The position numbers and the translations under genes are program-made. A model generated the notes under the pieces. That model was not told the origin of the DNA. It searched no databases and was given only the letters and a program-made list of their open reading frames with translations. A stretch of DNA of 63,808 bases, filler included, from Atractiella rhizophila (lineage: Eukaryota): assembly GCA_021432655.1 (NCBI GenBank). It is 9 parts of 8 records of this genome, joined end to end, with 100 filler letters (N's around TTAATTAATTAA, not from the genome) between each part and the next. Parts side by side here need not be neighbours in the genome. Positions count along the whole stretch, not along the records: positions 10,121 to 15,632 come from MU272094.1; positions 15,733 to 25,659 come from MU272095.1; 7 more parts are not named here. One strand, 5' to 3'. Below, piece by piece: positions 11,464 through 23,941 of the stretch (position 1 is its first letter; the number at the start of each line of letters is the position of its first letter).

Positions 11464-12165
11464 TTCGTGAATCATCGCTTCTGTTTGTTGCGTTCCCTCT
11501 CTCATTCTCATTCTTGAATTTTTAGCTACCTTGAGCTTGAGGCCTTGAGGCCTCAGATTGGCGCTCTGGTTTCACCTGATTGCTTCTCCTGCGCCGACCG
11601 GGTCACAACCTGGATGGCGGGAAAGTGTTGGGAACCTTCACTCGGAGATGATGTGGTAGGGCTGTTGGTGAGAGTCAGAACTTGAAGCAACTTGCTAAAC
11701 TTGACCAAATGTAGGAGAATCTCTCCTTAACAGGTGTGCTTGGCGGCTTGTAGGGACTCAAATGATCGGATGAGAATTCAGCTGTAGATTGCGACGTTAC
11801 ACACTGTCAAAACACGAATAAGAACGTGCAACGTATGAGTAAATGAGCTATGGTTTTAATCATGTCCGTTGGGACGGGACGGTCTTGTTATTCTTGTTGT
11901 TTGGGAGGTTCAGTTTGTGCGGCCCGTTGACTTGATTCAGCATACTACAGGATGTGAACGAATTTGTGAATTGTGTCGCAATCTACTTGCAATATAGCAA
12001 CGCCGCTTTGGTTATTGAGCAGGATTGGATAGCACAGCATTTCATTTGCCTTCGACGGATGAGCCGCACTGGAATGCTTGTCCCGCGGGGTCGCGCATAA
12101 AAGGCTCCTCCCGTCCTTCTTCAGGCAAAAGTACTTGTACCATTGACGAGTTGATCACATACAGT

Positions 12166-13803
12166 ATGCGTTTCTCCACAGCGCTTATTCTCTCTGTAGC
12201 GGTCGGGGCTTCTCAAGCAGGTCGAACAACAACCATTGAGAGGGATTATGTGATCATTGGTGGAGGCAGCTTTGGTTTGTCGAAAATCTTTAGCATGAGC
12301 AAAGCTCACCAGTGCTGTTGGCCATGATTAGGGGTGTATTCGGCAATATACTTGAAGGACAAGGGAAAGTCTGTTGCGGTTGTGGAGGCGAAAGACATTC
12401 TTGGTTCGATGTTCATTCTTTGCGACCCGTTAGTGTGCTGAAGTGAAAGCAGGGGGACACACAGAAACCTATGTTGACCCAGTCACCAGCAGTCCTATTA
12501 ATCTAGCAGTAATCTATTTCCAGGTGCGCTCTTCCACACTCGTTAGATAGGTGCTTACACGAATGGACAGACCAATCAAGTAGCAAAAGATTATTTTGCT
12601 CGCCTTAATATCAGTACCATAACGCATGTCCCAGGATCTTCGCAGAATCCAACACAATACTACAACTACGCAACTGGCGAGAAAGTCTCGTACTCTCCCT
12701 CGCCGGATACCGGTTCTGCACTCCAAGCATATGCTGCTCAACTAGTCAAGTACCCTTATCTCGAAACGGGCTTCAACCTCCCTTCTCCAGTTCCTGAAGA
12801 TCTTCTGCTTAAGTTCGGTGATTTCGTTGACAAGTACCAACTCGGTCCAGCTGTTCGCACCATCTGGAACGTTGCTCAAGGCTTTGGCAACCTCTTAGAG
12901 CAACCTACGGTTTATGTGCTGAAGATCTTTGGTATGTCGAACGGCTAAACTTGGATTGATGGATGACTTGGAGTAGGTCTCGGAGTTCTTCAGTCTTTCA
13001 CAGCTGGTTTTACTGTCGTTGCATCGGGAGACAACCACGAAATTTACGACAAAGCTGCAACAATACTTGGGAGCGACGCCTTTCTCTCTTCCAAGATCGC
13101 TTCAGTGACGCGATCCAATAAAGGAGTCGAAGTCAAGTTCTCTGGCCCTAACGGCGAAACCAAAATCAAAGCTAGCAAGCTGATCCTCACTATTCCTCCA
13201 AAACTCGAAAACCTCAGAGCTTTCGATCTTTCTAACACTGAACGACAGTTGTTCGGAAAATTCAGCAATTCAGTTTATTACGCTGGCACCGTGCGGCACA
13301 ACGGTTCACTCTCTTTTCCCATCGAAAACTACGACCCCGCCGCACCATTTGGTATTCCTGATGGACCTGGCATCTACAGTCTGTCTCCAACCGGGTGAGC
13401 CGACTTGTCAAAGAATACATCCTTGCTGATCACTCAGAGCAGGGTTCCAAACCTGACGAATGTCAAGTACGGGCTACCATCCTTCGTTCCACCCGAGGAA
13501 GTGGGGGCGGATATCATTCAGAGCATTGAAGGTCTCTCTTTGAACCCTGGAGAGGTGTCCTTGGCCGTGCTCAAGACGCATTATCCCTTCGAGCTCACAG
13601 TCAAGCCAGATGACATCGCGAATGGATTTTACACGCAACTTTATAATTTGCAAGGTGAGTGTAGATCTCATCTTTCGTGGAGTGAAGTTCAACGTTGAGA
13701 AGGGACTGCCAACACCTATTATACCGGTGCAGCCTTCCATACCCACGACTCAGCCCAACTTTGGCAGTTCACCAAAACCCTGCTTGACGGCGTGGTAGTT
13801 TAA
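12166..13803 (+). CDS. Secreted FAD-dependent oxidoreductase, flavin amine-oxidase superfamily (CpaO/beta-cyclopiazonate dehydrogenase-like)
   Basis: Signal peptide MRFSTALILSVAVGASQA; Rossmann DYVIIGGGSF-GVYSA; GGHTETYVDP; LPSPVPEDLLLKFGDFVDKY; C-terminal YYTGAAFHTHDSAQLW; about 6 introns. Confidence 0.85.
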
Positions 13804-13903
13804 GTAATGTGCAGCACTGGTGTCAGTATGACACTCGTTTACTATAAAGAGGGCAGTTGTACCTCAAATATCTGCAATTTCTTTGATGCTGAGCCAGTGG
13901 TAC

Positions 13904-14043
13904 CTGTCAGCTGTTCAACGTGTAGCGAAAAGGGATCAAGGAAGGTTTAGCAAAAGAAAGAATATCTGAAAGACTGGGTATTTGACGACACAAAGAGAAT
14001 ATTCAAAACAGGCGGATTACTTTTATTTTCTGTGTGCAATGAA
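13904..14043 (+). repeat. Direct repeat copy R2 (~140 bp)
   Basis: About 90% identical to 11325-11463 by manual alignment. Confidence 0.95.
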
Positions 14044-15632
14044 GGTTGTGGCTCATCCTTCAAGCCTTCACGTCTCGCTCTCTGCGTTCTTCAGATACCT
14101 TGAGACATGAGATAAGCAGTGCGATTTTTTCCTGGCACCTGGCCGAGGCATGCACGAGCATGGACCCTAGAGAGAATGCCCAACTCGAGTATTCACAACC
14201 GCCAGGTTTCAAGTTGCCTAAAGCTTGCGCGACCTCTGTGCGATTGTCAATGTAAGGATGACGATGACTATGATAACTGACGGGAAGAGAATGAATTCTA
14301 GAATTCGACTTGGTGAGTCCATAATCGTAAGCTGGCTTCCTTCGGGACATGCATCCTGAATGTTCTGGGCGAATAAACCCTGTGGACAGTCCCAGGCCAG
14401 TTTTTTTGCAGACACTGATTTTGAGCTGTAAATAACATAGGAGAGGCAGGTAAATTTAAGATAAAACAGGGCAAGGGAGCGGCAGATCACGTCTGCGTTT
14501 TACCAGTGAGTGCATCCATCATGAAAAGCTTAACTAACTGATCAACATTGATCAGTCCATCAGGTTTGTCAGGGTTTGCATAGCTGATCACCACGTAGTC
14601 AGGCAATACGATAGTCTGAAAACATGTCATCAGAAGGTCATCAGACGACTTAGGGAATCATTTCAGGCAGTGAACATGTAAAAAAGCATTGTGAACAGAC
14701 GTATATCATGAAATATATTTCGTGGTATCAGTTGGTGATCACTGCATAGAGCGTTGTGAGCAGAGGCGGATCAAAGTCTGATATGAAGGTATCAGCTAGG
14801 TCTCAGATGGAGAATATTTCATAATCAGGCGCTTCATTTTGGTTCGGTCGCACTTAGAATACAACAGAGTATCCATTGCACATAATGCGATAGGCTATGA
14901 AGAGACAGGAACAGACTCACAAACCCAACCTTGGACATATCGTGCGAGAGAAATGAAAATAGGAGGCAAAGGGGACGTTCGACCGAATGATGGAAGCGGA
15001 GCGGCATAAGTGTAAGCTCAACGAAAGGGCAGCTGGAAGTCGTCTACACATCTGTTCGATGTTGTAGACTGCGGGACATGTGCTTGGAAGCTGGGTTGTT
15101 CCAGAGTGAGGGATGGAAGGGGAGATGAGTTGCTGAGGCCAGAAAGAGTCCTTCCTGTTCGAACATACACTCGTTTATGGTCACAGGTGGGAAGGGAGGT
15201 CGGCGAATTGTATTGAGACCGTGATACTGCGGCATGTAAGAGGAAGTTGAGGGCCTGCTCTACCACCCATGTCATCATATCAGATTGGAGTCATCACCGT
15301 GGAAAGGATTGCAAAGTGGAAAGTAGAAGGAAGAGCGTACAAAAACTCTATGAATTGGGAGCCCTCCACTTATGTCTGTAAAACCAATGCAGGAATATCC
15401 CACTCTCCTCCCCTTCTCACATTCCCTTGCCCCTCCTTCCGTCCCACATCCCTTGATGAACTGCAGCGCAGACAACCAGGAAACTTGAAAGTTTTATGAG
15501 CATGATGAACTTCCTGTGGCAATATTACTCTTTCAAAAGTGAGCTTTCATGCACTTCTGTCACGACCCCTTCTCTCTTCAACCTGAGCATTACTGCTTAC
15601 CTTCATTTTTCTTTGTTGGCCCAAATCACTAG

Positions 15633-15732
15633 NNNNNNNNNNNNNNNNNNNNNNNNNNNNNNNNNNNNNNNNNNNNTTAATTAATTAANNNNNNNNNNNN
15701 NNNNNNNNNNNNNNNNNNNNNNNNNNNNNNNN
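15633..15732. other. Artificial contig linker
   Basis: 44N-TTAATTAATTAA-44N. Confidence 0.98.
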
Positions 15733-16789
15733 GCTCCCAATCCATCCCATGGTCCACGACCATCCCACGACGAAGAGGAAAGTAATGACGCCCATCCATA
15801 TCTTCGCACCGAGCCACATTGACAATTTCAGTCCTCTCACAAATCCTTCTTGCTCGTTCAATCTCGGGAAAGGCTGATCTGGGATGGGAACTCCAAGGAA
15901 ATGGCACAATGGTTTCCATCCATCTTCGATGTTATAGACCAAGAGGTTTTCGGGTTTAATGGGGAGGGAGAGGATTTTGTCTTTGTATTCCCGGATGGAA
16001 GAGGAGCGAGTGTACATGTGTTTCCCGATTTGAGAATGTGCCCTGGCTCCTTCAGCAAATGCTCGCAATTGGTACACTAGGCTGTTCCATCATCTATCTC
16101 AACGCTGCGACGACCAGAAGAACGGAGTAGAGAGGATGGAGCACGAACGTAGGAAACCACCAGGTCAGTAACACCCAAAGCCCCACATGTTTAAGCAACC
16201 ACCCAATGGTTGACTGAAAGCTCTCCCACCACTTCTCCTCCTCCCTCGTCGTCAAGATCACCTTCACATCCTCCATCCCCTTACCTTTCAGAAGGTAAGG
16301 CACCAGTGTCCCAGTCGGCTCGTCCACCGCAGCCTGATATCCCTGGTACGCCGCAAGGAGAGGCTCAACAAAGTCACCGTCGCTTATCCTCAGCACCCTT
16401 ATCCCATTCACGATATCCTGTCCCCGTCGAGCATCTCGCAGTAGAACGGCCATGTGGTGCACTGTCACATAATTGAGCGCTCGATTACGCAGGACGGGAT
16501 TGCTTAAGCACGAAAGGTGGAAACAGACCTGGTCCAAATCCCAAAATCTCTAAAGCCGCTTTTAGGCTCAGAGTCCCTGTCCGTGGAGGTGTGGCACCTA
16601 GAACGCGCAGGGTAGGAGGCGCCCAGTTAGGATGGGACGAGGTGACTTGATTTTCGTACGAAGGGAATGGCTCAGGATCAGCAAAGGGATCTGTGAGCCA
16701 GCGCGGTTCCCTTCATGCATTTGCATTAGCTCGCTTGGACATTTAGAGTTAGAGAGGGATGCAAGGACGTACCTTCTACTTTTGGCCAT
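15733..16789 (-). CDS. Sulfotransfer_4-like P-loop protein with C-terminal hydrophobic helix (3' truncated)
   Basis: LRVLGATPPRTGTLSLKAALEILGFGP-VHHM, AAVDEP, KVILTTREEEKWWES, LLVYNIEDGWKPLCHFLGVPIPDQPFPRLN. Confidence 0.85.
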
Positions 16790-17376
16790 TTTGACGAGAA
16801 GCAAAGGAGAAGGCAGAGGTGGAGAACTCCCCTTTTATGCGATTGAGATGAGGTTGTCCGTGGCATTTAGTCCTTCCGAGTCTGTTGACTTCCGTTCACT
16901 TGTGCGGGGACTTCGTGAAGGGTGGGTGGGCAAGGTAATGATGGTGAGTATTGGCTTGAGATGGAGATATGCCTGGAGACATGCATGGATACCAATAGGA
17001 TTGATATCATCATTGGGAAGCATGCGTCTGGATGCGTCACTGTCAAAATCAGCTACTTATAGCTCACAAGGCAAGACCCGCACCTGGCTCAGGCTTTTCG
17101 GCATCGCTTGAACATAACTGTCCTCCTTTCAAATGTCCTAGTTACCTGCTCAGCAGGGTAGAGGAAATGCAACAAAGTAATGTGACAATAATATTGTGCG
17201 ACGAGGACATTAGGATATCATACGATCTTGGACAGGCAAACGGATTAAAAGCGAATGGAGCTGAAACACGAAGGTTGAGAGTAGATCATACAACCGATCA
17301 TGGAATGAAGAGTCTGTCCTTGAATTTGTGGTTGGACAGAATGAAGAGAAGCGGAACCTCGAATCGAAGGTTCGTT

Positions 17377-18992
17377 TCAGCCATACCACTGCCCACCAGT
17401 TCCACCTTGTACACAAGTCAAACAGTCAATTTGCTTCATCTCTATGAAAGAGGAAGACGAAGAAAAGTACGCACCGTCGGACCTGCCTCTGCTCTTCTTG
17501 ACGGGATGATAGGCGCCTTTCCCCTTAATCCAAAATTGTCGATCCCCTCCTGTTGTCATCACCATATTGCATCAGCAACTGTTAGCAGAAAAGAGGAGTT
17601 GGAGAATGAGACGAACCTCCCACAGCTCTTCTGTCAATTCTAACACTAACTGAAGCTTCTGCATCCCTTGATTCTTCTCATCTTCATCCGCAGGGTCCGT
17701 GCAATCTACGATCCAGATCAGCTCTATATCTCAAGGACATGAAATTAAGAAGAGCAACGCACAAACGATGTATCCACCTTCGTCCGTCTCCTCCAAACAC
17801 GCCTTGCCTTCCCTAATCAGAAAGCTAAAATAGAATAAATTCTCGACCGTCTGACTAAATGATTCTGGGTTGAAAATGAAGGATACGAAGTCGGTTCCAT
17901 TGGGACCGAGACCGTCGAGGATGTCGTGGATTTGCTTCACGATTTTATCTGTGCTGTTCTCGCTCTGTACAATGTCGTCCTTTGTAAGTTCTTGTGGTCT
18001 GACCCGTTGTGTTTCGTCCACCCTTGCACGCTGTGTACGGACGATGACCCGTTTTTCTTTTACGATGGAGAGCGGACCATTCCTATATCCAGCACCACAA
18101 CAGGTGGTGAGAATGGTCGGAGGAAAATAGTGGAGGAGATGAGAGGTAGAGAAAGAATGACAAACATGAAGTCTGCTCCCGTGATAGCTCTGCAATGCCG
18201 CATAGCAATCTGCCCAACCTTCTTCCAGTCCAACACCGTCCGTCTTCCCTCTTCTTCTTCTTCCTCATCCTCTCCGTCCGCATCCTGAGAAGCGCCAGCA
18301 CCTAACCTCCTCCCGCCCATGAAAGCTCTGAGTTTGACAATGTAGTCTGCCATGTCAAATTCGCTGCTGTCCACTTTCAATGCCCGGATCTTCGAAGATC
18401 CAAGATCAGCGGCGAGGACGAGGAGGCGGGAATCGAGCGTTGCTTCTTGTGGTGCTTTTACTGCATAGGACGAATATCGTATGGATGAGGTAACGGTGCA
18501 GTATGAGTAGAGATGACGTACCCTTAGAAAATAATTTGTCTGCTCCTTTCACCAGCGAGGTAAGTTCATCGACCCCAGTTTCTGCTAGTGCTCCTCGAAT
18601 TTCTAACCGACAAAGCAACTAATCCATCATCTTGCCCTTTTACATGCGAAAAAGGAGTGAAAGGGCTAACCATCGATTGCTTCTAGCTTTTCTCTATACT
18701 TTCTCCTTATCTTCCGCTTCTCCTCCTTATCCTGATTCGGGTCATAATCCTCCTCGCTTCCCTCCTCCCCCTCCTCATTAGAATCCACGTCCATATCCTC
18801 CTCCTCCCTCGCTTTCCCTTTCGGTCCCCTCCCATTAGACTTTGGCTTAGCACTCTTCTTCCTCCCTCCTGCTCCTCGCTCGTCCCCAGAAGACATAGAC
18901 GCGTCCTCCTCCTCTGACATTTCTTTTTCCGCAACTACTTGACGACGACGCGTACGGTTCTCTTTTTCGGATAATGATGAGTTCGAGGGCAT
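17377..18992 (-). CDS. NSE4: Smc5/6 kleisin subunit Nse4
   Basis: YDPNQDKEEKRKIRRKYR, VKAPQEATLDSRLL, LDWKKVG, FIFNPESFSQTVENLFYFSFLIREGK; ends GGQWYG. Confidence 0.9.
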
Positions 18993-19168
18993 GCTCTTAT
19001 GCTCAAAAGGTAAGTAGTCGCGTGGGTGCGAGAATTTGAGCGCGTCGTTATTTTGAGGCCCCAAGAGTAGACAGGCTGGGGGGCGAGGAGCAGTCCGCGA
19101 CCTGCGCGAGCATCCCGAGTGTCGAAACTCATCTCCTTCTTCGAGCTCTTTAACGCACGACAGAGGAT

Positions 19169-20184
19169 ATGTCGTCCGACGCAGACTACACGCCTGCCCT
19201 GCCTCCCGACCTGCTCGCCGCCAAAGCGTCCACCTCCAGCCCTCCCAAACCACCAACCATAGGTCCCTCTCGTCCCACCTTCGCCGACCTTTCCGTCCCT
19301 ATATCACGTCCGCTCCCCGCTCCTGACGACTCAGATGACGACTATGGGCCAATGCCACTCCCATCTGGGGTGTCTGCACCGGAATCCGATGTGAGGAGCG
19401 AGTGGATGGCGAGGGAAGAGGAGAGAGAACGTGGAGAGAAGGAGAGGGAGGAGAAGCGGTTGGAGAGGCCAGAATGGATGATTAAGCCTCCAGAGAATTT
19501 GGGGTTTAGTGGTACGTCTTCGTCCATTTAATTGTGGTGAGAGGTCGATATTGATACTTTGTTTGCGCTTGGGGTGTAGTGCCTGATCCTACCAAGCTTA
19601 AAGCTAGAGGTTTCATGCAGACCAACCGCCCGCATAAGGCGGTGACGTCTTCTTCGAAGGACAACTCTCTGTGGACTGAAACACCTCAGGAGCGCGCTCA
19701 ACGGTTGGAGGATGAAGTGCTTGGGAAGAGGAAGAGGGCAACGGTGGAAGGAGGTGATGAGGAGGAGGATGAAGGAGAGCGGAGGAAGAAGAAGAGAGAT
19801 GAGGAGATGAGAGAGAAGGTGCGAGAGTTGGAGGGTGAGGGGTATCGGAATGAGAGTTTGGTGGAGAAGCATAGGAGGAAGATGGAGGAGGATACGAGTT
19901 CGAAATCTCGGAAGGAGAAGAAGGAGAGAGAGAAGAAGGAAAAGAAAGATAGGAAAGAAAAGAAGGACGAGGATAAAGAGCGGGGTCGGAAGGAAAAGAA
20001 GAAGAAGCGTCGGAAGGAGGAGGATGATAGTAGTGAAGATGAGGATGAGAAGCCTCCCGCTATCTGGGATCATGACCGTGATATGGGTTTGAAGGGGAGG
20101 TTGATGGACGAGAAGAGTCGTAATAAGTACATCGCAGGAGCAAAGGATTTGGGCTCCAAGTTTGGCGGTGGGTCGTATCTTTGA
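19169..20184 (+). CDS. DUF3752 / GPALPP-motif protein
   Basis: TPALPP, DDDYGPMP, RPEWM, DNSLWTETPQE, WDHDRDM, LGSKFGGGSYL; one intron ~19512-19578. Confidence 0.85.
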
Positions 20185-20532
20185 TTGTTTGCCTTCCAAT
20201 GTTTTATAGGCTTCTGTCAATGTCATTCGAGGTTGCACTTGGATATCTTAAATTCTGGCCTCCGAAAACTCTGAAGGAGCGACTTGAGCTTGAAATTGTC
20301 CTCAAGCTACTGAGTAGATTAAATGCAAGTTTTAACGAAAAAAAACGGATGGTTCATCAACTCAACTCACTCTCAAAAATGAAAAGGGGAGAAATAAGGG
20401 AAGAAGGAAAGGAGAAGCTAGTTACATATGTGCTAGAAAGATCGAACGAGCGAATTCGCTCAAAGTCCTTTCTCCGTAATCAATCGTCCACTACACTTTA
20501 TTGTAGCATCAAATGTCCAGGATCGATTGGAA

Positions 20533-22706
20533 TTAAGCGAAGACACTCCATAGTCCTGCACTCATGCCAACAGCCAAAAAGGTCGACAACACGATGGCGA
20601 TCGTTGGGATCTGGACCCGAGGAGAGGAGTTATTGAAAGGCTGGTAGACGGTTGGACTAGGTGAAGCTGTCGTGGTATCACTGCCTGTGCCACCTTGGGT
20701 GTACTAAACCACCCAACATAACCGACGGGTCAGTACACACTCTGACTCTCCATCTCTTCATGGAGTGAGGGAGGGAAGTAGACGCACGTTTCCGATCGGC
20801 CGCGTTTGGTCCTCAAATTTGCATGAAGCGTCTTGACAGAGACAACGGTTCTTGATCGGGTCGAAGAAAGGAGTTGAACAGTTGGCTGGCAGTCTGTAGC
20901 GCACGCCGGAAGCGCTGCTTTGAGGAGGTACGGGGTTGGCTGGAGTGGGAGGCTCGATGGGGCAGCCGTAGCAAGTCGTCCTATAATTCAATTAATAGGG
21001 TGGCGATGAGAAGGGAAGGATTGTATACCAAGGGAAATCAACGAATGGGCAGTTTTCTAAGAGGCCGACTTCGTTGGGGTACATTCCGTTACAGATGTTT
21101 TCAGTCACTGAAGGGACAGAGCATCCCAGTTCAGTAACGCTGGCAATGTTGGCATTCGTCACTGGGTTCTTGAGCCAAGCGAGCATCTGAGCGTTGCTCA
21201 CGATCCACACGTTAGGGTGTTGTTGCACCCAATCCAGGAATGCGTTCACCATGTTGATCTCATCCACGGGGTCCGGGACACCTGGATACCCAGTGGCGAG
21301 ATGGATGGGGTGGAAGTAAAGACCGAACGGTGCGCGATTGCCTTCGTAGTGGTTTCTATGAGCCGTTAAATCAATCAGCATCGCCGGAGGAAGACGGAGA
21401 AAGGTTGGGAGGCAAACGTGAAAGCGTTCTGGAGCCAGCTTTGGACGTCGGCTTGGTTGTCGGAATCGAGGTAGGGATCCATCAACTGTCCATCCATGCA
21501 TCTATCAGCGTCTTTATCCTGAGAGGATTGAAAGTAGCGCACATGTACTCCCGCTTGCTGTCTCTCGTCATAAACACCGTACATAGGGATCTCCCACAAA
21601 CCGGGCAGCTTCAGTTGACCTTGACAGATTCCCTCCACATTCAGACAGTCGTTCGCCATGCCGTAATCGAGGGTGTAAGGCCAGAAACAATCAGTATCCG
21701 TATTGTTGCATGGCGTCGCGGAAGTTGATGATGAATCGTACTGTCACCACGACGAATCAACCATCATCCCCCGGAAAGGGAGAAGCGACGACGAACTGTG
21801 AACTGAGCTTGATGCAACTGGGTTAAGGTATCAGCCGAATATGACAGATACGGGGCACGGAAGCCGATGATGTCGGAGAGGGGGATGCCGGAGAAGGAGT
21901 TCAGTGCTTTCAGGTTCCCCTGAATCTCGGCGGAAGGAGGGATGCCAACATGCGTCATCTATTCATTGGTTTGTGATGAGGAATGAAAAGGAAGAAGGAA
22001 GACAAACGGTGTGGTCCGCGATCTCGTTGCCGGCCACGAACCAATCCGTCACCTGTGTGTCCCAAAAAGCATCGTCAGGAGTTGCTCGATATGCCCCTGG
22101 CGCTGTTTGGGGAGTGGGCCAATAGAGGGGTGATGACGATGAGGAGAAGCAGGGCGAACCATGGAATAATTGGTGTAATTCAACGAAGTAAAATAAGTCA
22201 TTTTTGGAGCACAACCATTTGGATTCCTCCGGTGAGCGAGGAAGCCGTTGATGGTATCTATCGTATATTTTTGGACCGCATCGTCTGCTGTGAGAGTGAC
22301 GAATTGGGGGACATCCGTTGGTGCCAACCCTTCACGACACACGTCGATTATCAGTTCGGAAGGAAGAAGATTGGTAGGAGGAGACTCACCGCCGGGAGGG
22401 ACAACCTGGGCACATTGGCAGTTTGGAAGCTTGCATTGTGAAGCATCACATGTATATCCAGCAGCCTGCGGGCTCGATGTTGGTCCGCTACATTAAACCG
22501 ATTCCGCCAACAACAAGAAAAGATTGTGAAGTCAGTTTTCACGACCTCGGTTAGATGCTTGGCTAGGGCACAAAGGGGTCATGTTGGAGGGAAACGCACT
22601 CAAGAGCACCTCCCTCGCCAGATGGGCCATTAGTGTTCCCTTGTGAGAGGACGAGCGAAGGGAAGAGGAAAGCGAGCGCAAGAAGGGGAGGGAGCGTGGA
22701 GCGCAT
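20533..22706 (-). CDS. Secreted, probably GPI-anchored CE4 polysaccharide (chitin) deacetylase
   Basis: Signal peptide; CKLPNCQCA; VPQFVTLTADD; NEIADHT-MTH; GFRAPYL; YDSS; LWEIPM; NRAPFGLYFH; Ser/Thr-rich spacer and hydrophobic C-terminus. Confidence 0.9.
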
Positions 22707-23486
22707 GGCGAGCTGTTGTTGGCTTCGTCGTCAAACTGACGGGGAAGCTTTTTTAGAAGGTTTAGTTAGTACTAAGCAACACGTGACTGACAACATATCT
22801 TCAGCTGATTCAGGAATATCAGCAGAATCTCGAGGTATGACGGTAAAATGTGAACCCTGTAAAATGGTCAGAGTGGAGTCTGATGCCTGGCGTTATATAA
22901 CATATCAGTGAGCTACCAAATTATTGACACTCCGACAACATCGTCTTTCATTCTCTTTCTCGCTTTGGACTTTAGAAGGAGAATATGAGACTGTATCGCC
23001 CTTCTGCCTTTAATAAAGGCTTTTAGTGAGATTAAGAGACATGAAATGCCTACTGTATCCCTTTTGCCAGCTGTGATAAAATGGCAGTGACTTCTGGACA
23101 GTGAATGTGACACTCTAGGGGTTTTCATCTCAATGAACCTGTGAGCTCTGCAGCACGAAGGCTTCACTTATGTCTTTGTCGAACTATTTGCGCGCCGCAG
23201 GTCGGCAGCTGTATTTTCTACTTTCGGCCATCCAAATTGTTTGTCTGACTCTTTCCTATTATTCGCCTCACGCTTTCCTCCTTATATTTATAGTTTCCCC
23301 TGCAGCGCATGGAGAGGGTAGAGAACAAAAGGGCTGCCGAACTATGGGTCTGGTATTGGCTTTTTGGTTGGACAATGATCCATGACGCAGCGTTGGATAA
23401 GGGTTGGATGAATAATTCCTGCTTATGGCTTTACATAAGAGATTGGTTGTTTCTTTATGCACATTTTACCTTATAAATACATGTTT

Positions 23487-23941
23487 TCAATCTGCGTCAA
23501 GTTATCACCGAATTTCTTGATGCGCAACGATGAGAGGAGAACTCACGGCGCACTTCAAACTTGCTGAACTTCTGCTCCGTCACCTCCTGGGCTTCTACAC
23601 CAGTGGGTTTTCCGGGGCCAGAAGACAACGCTGATTTGCTGTCGTGAAACCAGCAGTATCAATCGCCTCAGCCGAACTGGATTGAATGGGGTTGGAATGC
23701 GCACAACTTCTCCAACGCAGACTCTTCCGCCTCTGCCACGCCTTCTACACTCTTTCCATCCTGTCCTCATAAACGCAGTCAACGTTTTCTGCTCTGTTAT
23801 TGGGAGCAGAGTAGACGAAAAACGAACATCCGTATTCCTGCACCATCCTTTCACTCCTAACCTCCTCGCTTGGTCTCGAGTAAACATACGGAATCCAACG
23901 CCTTGAACCGAGCCGTCTACCCGAAATTTGATAGCTGGCAT
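23487..23941 (-). CDS. Acylphosphatase
   Basis: VDGSVQGVGFR, LGVKGWCRNT-DGKSVEG, FSKFEVR; three introns, tiny last coding exon. Confidence 0.9.

Noticed and set aside
11325..14043. R1/R2 as LTRs of a retrotransposon
   Set aside because: No TG..CA termini, primer-binding site, polypurine tract or gag/pol remnants; the interior is an intron-containing cellular gene.
19528..20238. 236-aa hydrophobic minus-strand ORF, and similar antisense ORFs at 29868-30482, 43596-44336 and 44343-44990
   Set aside because: Antisense shadows of low-complexity or purine-rich real CDSs.
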